Positions 1 to 8,131 of a stretch of 40,265 nt of DNA are shown here, piece after piece (positions within the stretch are counted from its first letter, which is position 1; each line of letters starts with the position of its first letter). The stretch comes from Candidatus Pacearchaeota archaeon (GTDB lineage Archaea; Nanobdellota; Nanobdellia; Pacearchaeales; DTIR01): positions 1-40,265 of the forward strand of contig JACRHU010000078.1 of the NCBI GenBank assembly GCA_016211995.1. The letters are read 5' to 3'. The notes beneath the pieces were generated by a model, which had not been told where the DNA came from, did no database searches, and was given only the letters and a program-made list of their open reading frames with translations. Both the position numbers and the translations under genes were made by a program.

Positions 1-177
1 AAGATGAGATTAATAACTTATGAGCAAGTAAAAGATGGCACTTCTATGTTTAATTTAATTGAAGACAGGGATATTGGATCTGATTCTTTAGAAAGAAGAT
101 TACAACAAAATAAGCAAACTCTTTACAGAATGATTGAACAGAGTTTGCCTGAAGGATATAACTATTCAAAAAAATAA
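1..177 (+). CDS. 3' end of an ORF entering from upstream of the window (hypothetical protein)
   Basis: Frame 1 is open from base 1 to TAA at 175-177 (...QSLPEGYNYSKK*). It is too short for the ORF track and has no recognisable motif. Confidence 0.25.
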   Translation, partial: KMRLITYEQVKDGTSMFNLIEDRDIGSDSLERRLQQNKQTLYRMIEQSLPEGYNYSKK

Positions 178-352
178 AGAAAGAATGGTGCTAGATAAAA
201 ATGAAGAGAAAAGTTTGCTTGCGCATGTTAATAAGAGAGAATGCCATATTAATGTCTATGATAAAGAGCTTTTCAAATATGCAGAGAGTCTTGGACAAAA
301 ATATGAAGAAGAAACAGGCATTCTGACTATTGTTTCTTTGTATAGAAAGTAA
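134..352 (+). CDS. Small hypothetical protein, tandem paralogue 1 (true start probably ATG at 185)
   Basis: The ORF opens with TTG at 134 and the first in-frame ATG is at 185. Its C-terminal half (HINVYDKELFKYAESLGQKYEEE...LYRK) aligns with the next ORF (IIEVYDKKFMPIAERINEMYNAG...LKRYY). Confidence 0.4.
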   Translation: MNRVCLKDITIQKNKERMVLDKNEEKSLLAHVNKRECHINVYDKELFKYAESLGQKYEEETGILTIVSLYRK

Positions 353-361
353 AAGATTAAC

Positions 362-409
362 ATCAAAAAAATCGGCAGATTTTTAGGATCCTGAAAACTA
401 AAAGTTTTC
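362..409. repeat. Twin-hairpin intergenic element, copy 1 (possible bidirectional terminator)
   Basis: Hairpin AAAAATC(367-373)/GATTTTT(378-384), central AGGATCCT (385-392), then hairpin GAAAAC(393-398)/GTTTTC(404-409). The same architecture recurs at 13147, 18096, 28236 and 37524. Confidence 0.6.
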
Positions 410-454
410 CTGAACAAAAAGTTTAAATACTTCTTATAAGGTATAGAAAATAAA

Positions 455-727
455 ATGTTGCTGCAAAATAAAATAAATGAATTGTTAAAGATTCTGGAAA
501 AAGAAACCCCAGAAGGATTTAGTAATAGTGTGGAGAGAGACAGAAGCACTATTACTATGAGATTAGGAGAAAAAGGAATGACAATGCTTGTTTTCAAGCT
601 TAATTCTAGGATAATTGAGGTTTACGACAAAAAATTTATGCCAATTGCAGAAAGAATAAACGAGATGTATAATGCAGGAATAGAAGATGCTCCAAAAAAG
701 TTTGATATACTTAAAAGATATTACTAA
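455..727 (+). CDS. Small hypothetical protein, tandem paralogue 2
   Basis: 90-aa ATG ORF that shares the VYDK-x-(F/M)-x2-AE...Y...(K/R)(Y/K) C-terminal pattern with ORF 134-352. Confidence 0.5.
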   Translation: MLLQNKINELLKILEKETPEGFSNSVERDRSTITMRLGEKGMTMLVFKLNSRIIEVYDKKFMPIAERINEMYNAGIEDAPKKFDILKRYY

Positions 728-935
728 CATAAAAATAAAAATGGAGCAAGAAAAACCAACGATGGAAAGAAAACGAGCACAGGAGATAGTTGATACAATG
801 GTTGATAAGCTTGAAAAAATTTTAAATGTTCAAAATCCCTATTCGCCAAGTCCGACTCCTTACTATTATGTTGGTAGCGCTAAATTGCATAAAGTATTAC
901 TAGAAGCTTTTGAGGGAAAGTATAAACTTATTTAA
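687..935 (+). CDS. Small hypothetical protein (likely start ATG 741, MEQEKPTMERK...)
   Basis: ORF track. The upstream part overlaps the end of ORF 455-727, so the internal ATG at 741 is the more plausible start. No recognisable motif. Confidence 0.4.
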   Translation: MLQKSLIYLKDITNIKIKMEQEKPTMERKRAQEIVDTMVDKLEKILNVQNPYSPSPTPYYYVGSAKLHKVLLEAFEGKYKLI

Positions 936-951
936 AAAAAGAAAAGATTTT

Positions 952-3900
952 TTATAACTTCAGGCTTACAATCTTACTGACTCCTTCTTGCATGCTTACA
1001 CCATAGAGTACTGGTGCTTCTTCTATTAAAGAGTCATTATGTGTTATTGCTATATACTGGGCATCTTTGATGTTCTGCTTTAAAATTGATGCCAATCTTC
1101 CTGAATTTCTCCTATCAAGAGCAGGATCAATCTCATCAAGTATATAGAAACAGTATGGCTTATATCTTTGGATTGCTAAAATAAGGGCAATAGCAACAAG
1201 TGTCTGCTCTCCTCCTGAAAGGCTTGCTGCATCAAAATATTTTCCTTTTGCAAGCTTGACAGCTATTTCCAAGCCACCAGCAAAAGGATCTTCTTGGTTC
1301 TCAAGCTCAAGGAATGCTTGCCCTTTTTCACAGAGGTGGGAGAAATTTTCTGTGAAAAAGGCATTAATAATATTAAGAGTTTTATTGAATGTAATTTTCT
1401 TTTTTCTGTCAATTTCTTCAATAATTTTTAAGATGTCTTCTTTTTCTTTTCTAAGTTGCTCTACTTTTAAGGCTACTTCATCGTATTCTTTTTTAACACC
1501 ATCATAAACTTCTAATGCACGCATATTCACATTTCCTAATCTTTCAAGTGTTTGTTCTGTCTTTTCAAGCTTTTCAACAAGTACTTGTCTCGAACCAGCT
1601 AACAATTCAAGATCCTTAAAATTTATGAAGTCTGCCTCAAGAGATTCATATTTAGCATTTATCTCTGCTTTCTGAATTCTTAGGTTATTTATTTTGTCCT
1701 CATTATTCCTGATCTCTACTTGTAACTCATAAATTTTCTTGTTTTTTTCATTGATTATATTTTGAACATCTGTCCTATCCTTAAAAGATTTCTGGAATCT
1801 TTCATACTGCTCTTTTTCTTTTTTCTCTTTTTCTATTAAATCAGCTTGTTTTTCTTCAAGAAGCACTTCAATATCATCGGTTTTTTGCCTTGCATCTTCG
1901 ATTTCTCTTTGATTTGTTTTTATAATATTTCTGAACTTTTCCAAATCTCTTTGCTTGAATGTGAGCTCTGTACCTATATTTGCTTCTTCTCTTCGCATTA
2001 ATTCCAAGACTTCTAGATTTAATGAATCATATCTGTCTTCAATTCCTTTGTATTCATCTATACTTTTTTCTAAATTTTTTGATTTCTTCTCTAGTTCTTC
2101 AATCTCTTTTTTTAATACTGCTTCTTCTTCATTTATCTTTACATTATGCTGTCTTTTTTCTTCTATGCTTTCAAGCTTAACAATATCAGAGTTAAGCTTG
2201 TCAAGTTTATCCTTTATTTCTTTAAATCCTTCTTTTAGCTCAGAAAGCTCTTTTTCATTTTTATGCCTCTTTCCTTCTTTAATTTTAAAATCAGAATTTA
2301 TTTCCTCAACTTCTGTTTCTATTTCATCAAGCACTTTGGAAGCATGCTCTTTTGTTATTTTTGTTCCACAAACAGGGCAAGTATCAAGTTTTTCAATATT
2401 GGATTTTATCTTGTTAAAGTTCTCTATTTTATTCTTATTCACTGCTATCTCTCTTTCTATTGTCGATATCTCGTTTTGTAGGGAATTTTCTTTTTCAGAT
2501 AGCGTTGATAATTTAGTTTTTAGCTCATGTTGTATTATTTGAGCTTTTTTAAGCTCGAATACAGACATATGCAAAGAAAGTTGATTGATTTGATTAAATG
2601 TAAATTCAGCATCATTCTTTATTTTCTGCAATGACTTCCTTTTATCACTAAGCCTGTCATTTAAAGAATTTAGCTCTGTCTTGAGCACATAAAACTTTTT
2701 TCTTTTTTCTTCGATTTCATCAAGTTGTTTCTTTTTTTCTCTTAGCTCTTTGTCAGAATAAGATTTTATGCCTTTTTTTCTTTCTTCGAGTGCTTTTTCT
2801 CCTTCAGTAATATTCTTTACAAGTTCTTCATTTCTTCTTTCTGCCTCTCTTATCTGGCTTTCAAAACTCTCTTTTCTTACTGTAAGTCCAGCAATAGTTG
2901 CTTTGAGCTCTGATATTTCTGAATTTAACAGTTCTTGCTCTTTTCCACCAGATTTTTGAATTCTTTGTGTAATTTCCTTTATTTTTTCTTCAAATTCTGT
3001 AATCTCTGCATTTATCGAATCAATTTTTACCCTTAATTTTCCAATATCTATATTAATATCCTCTATTTCTTTCTCCAGATTTTGCCTTGCCTTCTCCTTT
3101 TCATTCATGTCTTTTTTTAATACAGAAGCCTTGCATCTTTTGACAGTAAGCTCAAGATCTTTATACTTCAATGCTTGCGCTCTCTCAATATCAAGATTTT
3201 TCATGTATGCGAACCTTTCATGCAATATTGTATTAACTTCTGAAAGTTTCTGCTCTGTTTTTTCAAGTTCTCTTAAAGATTTTTCTTTCCTAACCTCATA
3301 AACACTGATCCCTGCAACATCCTCAAGTATCTTGCGTCTTTCTTCACCCCTCATTTCAACAAACCTTGCTATCTCTCCCTGCAAAATAATATTAAAACCA
3401 TAAGGATCTATATTCGCATGCGCAAGCATGTCTAACACTTCTTGCCTTGTTTTAGTTTCTTCATTTAGCTTATAAATGCTTAAACCATTTCTTCTGACAA
3501 TTCTTGAAATTGTCAGATCAGCTTGAGTAGGAAACATTTTATCAGAATTATCTAAGATTAAGTCAACACGAGCTTCAAATGCTGGCTTATTTTCCTTGCC
3601 ACCATTATAAATCAAATTAGCAGCTTTTGCAGCCCTTATACTCTTAATGCTTAACCTGCCTAAAACAAAGCATATTGCATCTGTTATATTGCTATTATGC
3701 ACAAAAATGTTATTTGCAATGAAATTATGGTCTTTCTCAACACACAAATCGTAAACCCATCCATCTCCTTGAACCTCTTCAATTTCAACTATCTCATCCC
3801 AGTAGATGTCAGATTCTACTAATAATTTAAGGGTATCAACCAATACAGACTTAGAATTAAACAAATTTTTTATAAGTAAATTTAAACCATTTCTTGAAGG

Positions 3901-5403
3901 GAGACATTGATTATAACAGTATGCATCAAATAAAGGAAATTGTTTTTTTATAAACTTCACACTTATTCCTTGGTCTTTTGCTATTTCTTTTACTAAACTG
4001 TTAACTTCTATCAAATCCAAATTCGGATTTGCCTTTTTATCCAGATTTTCTGTTATTTTCCTCTTTTTCTCTTTGTGCACTAGTTTTATATTTCTGAAAA
4101 ATGTTCGAAAGTTGTTCACACCATAAATTATTATGTTCTCATACTCTCCTCTAAAACCAGATTCTTTAATTCCTTTAACAACTTTTCTTTTTATGTATGT
4201 TATTCCAAGCCTTAAAAGACATACTTCTATGCATTTTGCTAATTTTTTACTCTTTGTTGTTATTTCTATACTTCTATCAGAGACGTAACCATCTCCGCAA
4301 TACAATCCGTTCAACAAAGCTGAAATTTCTTTATTATTCGAATGTTTTAAAATGATGTTAGATATGGCTTTATCTTCTGTTTTTGAGGCCATGCCTAATT
4401 TGGCTAAAATCTTCTTAAGCGGCTCTGAAAATATCAAAACATCCCAGCAGTTAGGTTTGTACTCTCTGATTATTGGTTCTTTATTAAACAATTTTCTGAC
4501 TAATTCAACATAATCTTCTATAATCTCTTCATCTCCATTCGTAAACCATATCTGGCTCGATTCTGCGAGCCTTCCCTCTGCAAGGAGATATCCGAAAAAT
4601 CTTGTAAATTCTTCTGAATTTTTAAAGGGAAAAGATGTTTCTTTTCCATTTGATATTACTCTATCAACAAAATTTAAAATTTCTATATCTGACAATTTTG
4701 CATTTCTCATTACCCTTATTAAATGTGCAAAATTTATTGATTGTTTATCTAGTAAGCCCTTTATAACATAATAAGAAACACCTATTTTCTCAGCCAGTTG
4801 TTTCCATGTTAAATTTTCTTTTAAAGAACTTAAAATTAACTTATATTCCTCTCTATAAGGAACATAAATCCTGTCATTTTCTTCAATTTTATCAAGTAAT
4901 TCTATAAAATATCTGTGTTCTGGCTCAAAACTAATTTTTCTTGGAATAGCGATTCTTATTCCTTGTTTAAGCTCATCAGCTCTTGCGGCTACAATCTGAT
5001 TTTCTTTCAGTATAAACAAAGGATGGTATTTTGTTGTTTTGATTTCTTTTCCACTCCGAGTTTTTATTCTTAACATTTTGTCTGTAAAGGCTCTTTTAAC
5101 AAATGCTTTGATTTGTTTCTTTTGCGTTTTTAATGTTTCAAAGTCTAAACATATCACCTCTGTACCATCTCCTTGAATAAGAAATCCGTCTTCTGTCTCT
5201 ACAGCTTTTTTTAAACGAGAGTTTACTATCTCTTCTATCCTCTCTATTGTTCCGTCTCCTAACTGAACTAAAGAATCTCCAGTTAAGCATTTACCGCTTC
5301 CATTTGGGCCAACAACTACATTTAAACCAGGATCAAACAATATTTCTGTCTCTTTTGCAAAGCTCTTGAAGCCATGCAAGACTATTTTTTTAATGAATGT
5401 CAT
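952..5403 (-). CDS. smc: SMC-family chromosome segregation ATPase, interrupted by an intein. The extein is 951 aa with a CxxC hook at the coiled-coil apex and no recognisable hinge.
   Basis: Head motifs are MTFIKKIVLHGFKSF...GPNGSGK | SNITDAICFVLG and NIILQGEIARFVEM. The C-terminal signature is LSGGEQTL with Walker B FYILDEID and GVSMQEGVSKIVSLKL. Long K/E-rich coiled coils lie between, and CPVCG is encoded at 2368-2379. Confidence 0.9.
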   Translation of the reverse strand: MTFIKKIVLHGFKSFAKETEILFDPGLNVVVGPNGSGKCLTGDSLVQLGDGTIERIEEIVNSRLKKAVETEDGFLIQGDGTEVICLDFETLKTQKKQIKAFVKRAFTDKMLRIKTRSGKEIKTTKYHPLFILKENQIVAARADELKQGIRIAIPRKISFEPEHRYFIELLDKIEENDRIYVPYREEYKLILSSLKENLTWKQLAEKIGVSYYVIKGLLDKQSINFAHLIRVMRNAKLSDIEILNFVDRVISNGKETSFPFKNSEEFTRFFGYLLAEGRLAESSQIWFTNGDEEIIEDYVELVRKLFNKEPIIREYKPNCWDVLIFSEPLKKILAKLGMASKTEDKAISNIILKHSNNKEISALLNGLYCGDGYVSDRSIEITTKSKKLAKCIEVCLLRLGITYIKRKVVKGIKESGFRGEYENIIIYGVNNFRTFFRNIKLVHKEKKRKITENLDKKANPNLDLIEVNSLVKEIAKDQGISVKFIKKQFPLFDAYCYNQCLPSRNGLNLLIKNLFNSKSVLVDTLKLLVESDIYWDEIVEIEEVQGDGWVYDLCVEKDHNFIANNIFVHNSNITDAICFVLGRLSIKSIRAAKAANLIYNGGKENKPAFEARVDLILDNSDKMFPTQADLTISRIVRRNGLSIYKLNEETKTRQEVLDMLAHANIDPYGFNIILQGEIARFVEMRGEERRKILEDVAGISVYEVRKEKSLRELEKTEQKLSEVNTILHERFAYMKNLDIERAQALKYKDLELTVKRCKASVLKKDMNEKEKARQNLEKEIEDINIDIGKLRVKIDSINAEITEFEEKIKEITQRIQKSGGKEQELLNSEISELKATIAGLTVRKESFESQIREAERRNEELVKNITEGEKALEERKKGIKSYSDKELREKKKQLDEIEEKRKKFYVLKTELNSLNDRLSDKRKSLQKIKNDAEFTFNQINQLSLHMSVFELKKAQIIQHELKTKLSTLSEKENSLQNEISTIEREIAVNKNKIENFNKIKSNIEKLDTCPVCGTKITKEHASKVLDEIETEVEEINSDFKIKEGKRHKNEKELSELKEGFKEIKDKLDKLNSDIVKLESIEEKRQHNVKINEEEAVLKKEIEELEKKSKNLEKSIDEYKGIEDRYDSLNLEVLELMRREEANIGTELTFKQRDLEKFRNIIKTNQREIEDARQKTDDIEVLLEEKQADLIEKEKKEKEQYERFQKSFKDRTDVQNIINEKNKKIYELQVEIRNNEDKINNLRIQKAEINAKYESLEADFINFKDLELLAGSRQVLVEKLEKTEQTLERLGNVNMRALEVYDGVKKEYDEVALKVEQLRKEKEDILKIIEEIDRKKKITFNKTLNIINAFFTENFSHLCEKGQAFLELENQEDPFAGGLEIAVKLAKGKYFDAASLSGGEQTLVAIALILAIQRYKPYCFYILDEIDPALDRRNSGRLASILKQNIKDAQYIAITHNDSLIEEAPVLYGVSMQEGVSKIVSLKL
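3694..5289 (-). mobile_element. Class-1 intein (532 aa) with LAGLIDADG homing-endonuclease domain, inserted in the SMC Walker A between GSGK and S
   Basis: The intein starts with Cys (CLTGDSLV; TGC = revcomp of 5287-5289). It has a TxxH block (TTKYH), LAGLIDADG motifs FFGYLLAEGRL and LLNGLYCGDGYV, and the terminal block VYDLCVEKDHNFIANNIFVHN followed by +1 Ser (AGC = revcomp of 3691-3693). Removing it restores the canonical GPNGSGKSNI P-loop. Confidence 0.9.
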
Positions 5404-5489
5404 TTTCTCTTTTTCTTTACCTTTTTATATCGGTAAATTTAAGAGAATTTAAAGAAAAACATGTATTTAAAATCTTTTGTTTTTCAATT

Positions 5490-6161
5490 TTAGAAGTCAA
5501 CTATGCTTTTCTGCTCTTTTTTTGCCTTTTCTGTCTTTAATGTCTGCCAAGTTTCCCTGAAAATGCCATCTTTTTTATGGTCTTTATAATGCTCTTTCAA
5601 AAATTTCTGAGTTATTGGGTCTGATGTATATCCTGAACCAAAATCAACTCCTAATTTTTTCTTTAAATCAGCAACCTCTTTTTCTCTTTGCACTTTAGCG
5701 AGAATAGAGGCAGCAGAGCATGCAACATGATTTACATCTGCTTTATGCTCTATAATAAAATTCAGATTATTTGTATTTTTAACAAATCCTACAAGATACA
5801 AATGCCATTTTGTAATATTATTTGATGGGCAATCAATGACAACATTTATTTTTTCATTTTTTTTATTGAGCTTGTTAATAATCTCAGCAGCCTTGATAGC
5901 CTCTATTTTGTTTAGATTCAAGCCTGCTGCTTGCCTCCCATCAATCTCATTAGGATGAACAACAAAAATTTCATATCCTACTGCAACCTTTCTTATCTCA
6001 GCAGCAAGAATTTCACGTCTTTTATCAGTAAGTTTCTTGGAATCTCTCACTCCCAGTCTTTTCAGTCTTTCTTCATCTTCTTTTTTAAGAAGCACACCTG
6101 CCATAATCATTGGACCAATTAATGGCCCTCTTCCTGAATCATCAATTCCTAGGACTAGCAT
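5490..6161 (-). CDS. rnhB: Ribonuclease HII
   Basis: N-terminal MLVLGIDDSGRGPLIGPMIMAGV (the RNase HII DEDD motif I context). Size is 223 aa, and the ADV..VACSAASILAKV motif is present. Confidence 0.9.
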   Translation of the reverse strand: MLVLGIDDSGRGPLIGPMIMAGVLLKKEDEERLKRLGVRDSKKLTDKRREILAAEIRKVAVGYEIFVVHPNEIDGRQAAGLNLNKIEAIKAAEIINKLNKKNEKINVVIDCPSNNITKWHLYLVGFVKNTNNLNFIIEHKADVNHVACSAASILAKVQREKEVADLKKKLGVDFGSGYTSDPITQKFLKEHYKDHKKDGIFRETWQTLKTEKAKKEQKSIVDF

Positions 6162-6169
6162 TTTAAAGA

Positions 6170-6362
6170 TAGCGGGGGTGGGAATTTCACGAGCCTAGAG
6201 TTTTTCTAAACCCATTTTGAACCACACGCTTGAGCCTTGTAAGATTTTTCTTATCAAGGTACCTCAGGGTTATGGGCCTTTCGCGTCTCTCTAAAGACTC
6301 TGCGAGCACTCCTGGTTGAGCGTCTATTTCATTTTGTAAAATAAACACTGCTCCACCCCGCT
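6170..6362 (-). tRNA. Initiator-like tRNA-Met (CAU) interrupted by about four introns (32, 21, 32, 32 nt)
   Basis: This is the GC-richest intergenic segment. The ends pair as AGCGGGG/CCCCGCT (A1:U72). Exon pieces give D-arm GAGC-AG|CCAGGAGT-GCTC, anticodon arm CAG|GG-CCCATAA-CCCTG, T-arm GTG(T)GG-TTCAAA|T-CCCAC and discriminator A. The exons sum to 76 nt. The T-stem needs one bulged U and position 33 is C, so the model is not clean. Confidence 0.55.
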
Positions 6363-6399
6363 ATAACAAAATGAGAATTTAGAATATATATAAACTTAA

Positions 6400-7953
6400 C
6401 TACTTCTCAGAATTCAAAAGCTCTTCAAATCTTTTTTGTCCAAAAGATGTTGGATAATTTCCTGTGAGGCAGGCAAGACAACATTCCTCTTCTGATACGC
6501 GTAATGCTTTTAGCAGTCCATCTTTTGTTTGATAATGCACAGAATCAGCCCCTATTAGCCTGGCTACTCCCTTTTCTAATTCTTCTATATTATTTATATC
6601 AAGACCAGAAGTAATCAATTCTTTTATTGTTGGAAAATCAATTCCATAAAAGCATGGAGAGATTATCGGAGGAAATGTTGAGCGCATATGAACTTCTTTT
6701 GCTCCTCCAATCTCCTTTAACATACATGCTATTATCTTGCTTGTTTCGCCTCGCACAAAACTATCTTCAATACCAATAACTTTTTTTCCCTCAATAAGTT
6801 CTGGAATTATTCCGTACTTATTTTTCATTATCCTCTCTCTTTCATCAGGCTTTCCTATAAACCCCCTTCCGCTTAAAATAACCTGATGTTTGACTATAAT
6901 AGCCTCAACTTTAGGAACTCCAAGAATTTGTGACATTGCTTCTGCTACAGCAGTAGGAGTGTCTGGTATTGGTACAATAATATAGTCACTCTTATTAGCT
7001 AGAATCGCATAGAGTAAAGGTTCGGTCCTAGTAAGCTCTTCTCCTAATCTTCTCCTTACAGATTGAACACTATCTGTCTTAAAAATAGACTGTTTTGCCA
7101 TAAAATAATTTGGTTCAAAAACACATAACGCCTTTTTTTGATTATCAGAAAATCTATATTCTTTTAATTCAGAATCAAATTGCAAGAGAGAGCCAGGAGC
7201 TACTTCCTTAATATCTTTTAAGTCTATCCCTATACTTTCTAGAGAGATAGATTCAGAAGCTAAAGTAAAAATATCTTTTGTATCTGCATAGAATAATGGC
7301 CTAATTCCTAAGGGATCGCGGAATGCTGCAACTTTTCCCTTACCATTTATAAAAACAACATTATATGCTCCATCAAAATTTTTGCAGATATCTTTAACCA
7401 CTTCTTCAAGATTTGGCTCTTTTCCTCCCCCTATTTCTTCTAATTTTTTCATGCTTATAGAGAGATAGTGCATTATCAATTCTGTATCAACATCTGTATC
7501 TAAAACATACTCATTATTTTTTTCAAGTTCCTGTGCAAGTTCTTGGTAATTGGCAAGATTTCCATTAAAGGCGATGGCAAACCTTTTCCAGATTTTCCCA
7601 TGCTGTCTTAAGAAAGGCTGGGCTTCAATTAAAAAGTCCCCATACTCTTTACTTGCACCAGAAGTAGAATAACGCGTATGCCCTATGCCTCTATTTCCAG
7701 CATAGTAATCAATAATTTTTTTGTGTGCACTATTATCTCTTGATTTAAAAACATCTTCTACTCTCCCTACTCCAACATATCTTTTTAGCTTAACCTTCTC
7801 GTCTTCATCATAAGTAACAAAACCTGCGCTCTGCTGGCCCCTATGCTGCTCATTGGACAGCATTATTTCTAAGAACTCAGATGCTTTTCCTTTATACTCA
7901 GGATTTTTAATCACAACTGCAGCAACACCACACTCTTCACCATAACTTTTCAT
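6400..7953 (-). CDS. purF: Amidophosphoribosyltransferase-like class II glutamine amidotransferase (PurF family)
   Basis: N-terminal nucleophile context EECGVAAV, the PRPP-binding loop VIGIEDSFVRGETS, and the C-terminal CCLACLTGNYP motif typical of PurF. Confidence 0.8.
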   Translation of the reverse strand: MKSYGEECGVAAVVIKNPEYKGKASEFLEIMLSNEQHRGQQSAGFVTYDEDEKVKLKRYVGVGRVEDVFKSRDNSAHKKIIDYYAGNRGIGHTRYSTSGASKEYGDFLIEAQPFLRQHGKIWKRFAIAFNGNLANYQELAQELEKNNEYVLDTDVDTELIMHYLSISMKKLEEIGGGKEPNLEEVVKDICKNFDGAYNVVFINGKGKVAAFRDPLGIRPLFYADTKDIFTLASESISLESIGIDLKDIKEVAPGSLLQFDSELKEYRFSDNQKKALCVFEPNYFMAKQSIFKTDSVQSVRRRLGEELTRTEPLLYAILANKSDYIIVPIPDTPTAVAEAMSQILGVPKVEAIIVKHQVILSGRGFIGKPDERERIMKNKYGIIPELIEGKKVIGIEDSFVRGETSKIIACMLKEIGGAKEVHMRSTFPPIISPCFYGIDFPTIKELITSGLDINNIEELEKGVARLIGADSVHYQTKDGLLKALRVSEEECCLACLTGNYPTSFGQKRFEELLNSEK

Positions 7954-7991
7954 ACAGCAAAGAAAATAAATTAAGAGTTTTTAAGCTTATC

Positions 7992-8124
7992 TAATTTGTT
8001 GGCTTTGCACATCAGAAAAAAGCATCAGCTTTTTTGGGATGCTCAGAAATCTTTTTGATTTCTGACATAAATGTGTATAAATTCATAGTGTTCTAAAGTA
8101 ATTATGCGCAAAGCTTAATTTGTT
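7992..8124. repeat. Inverted-repeat element of the GCTTTGCACAT family (largest copy), flanked by 9-nt direct repeats
   Basis: Left arm GCTTTGCACAT (8002-8012). Right arm TTATGCGCAAAGC (8102-8114). Direct repeats TAATTTGTT at 7992-8000 and 8116-8124. Internal hairpins are AGCATC/GATGCT and CAGAAAT/ATTTCTG. Confidence 0.6.
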
Positions 8125-8131
8125 AAAAAAA

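Noticed and set aside
256-597. 113-aa minus-strand ORF spanning two plus-strand ORFs and their spacer
   Set aside because: It has hydrophobic low-complexity translation. It crosses the twin-hairpin element and overlaps two ORFs that have paralogue support.
1256-3301. Six plus-strand ORFs (1256-1507, 1955-2542, 1980-2180, 2263-2481, 2768-2959, 3107-3301) antisense to smc
   Set aside because: Their translations are S/F/L-rich low-complexity sequence. These are the mirror image of the K/E-rich coiled-coil codons (AAG/GAA read as CTT/TTC), and none has a motif or an RBS.
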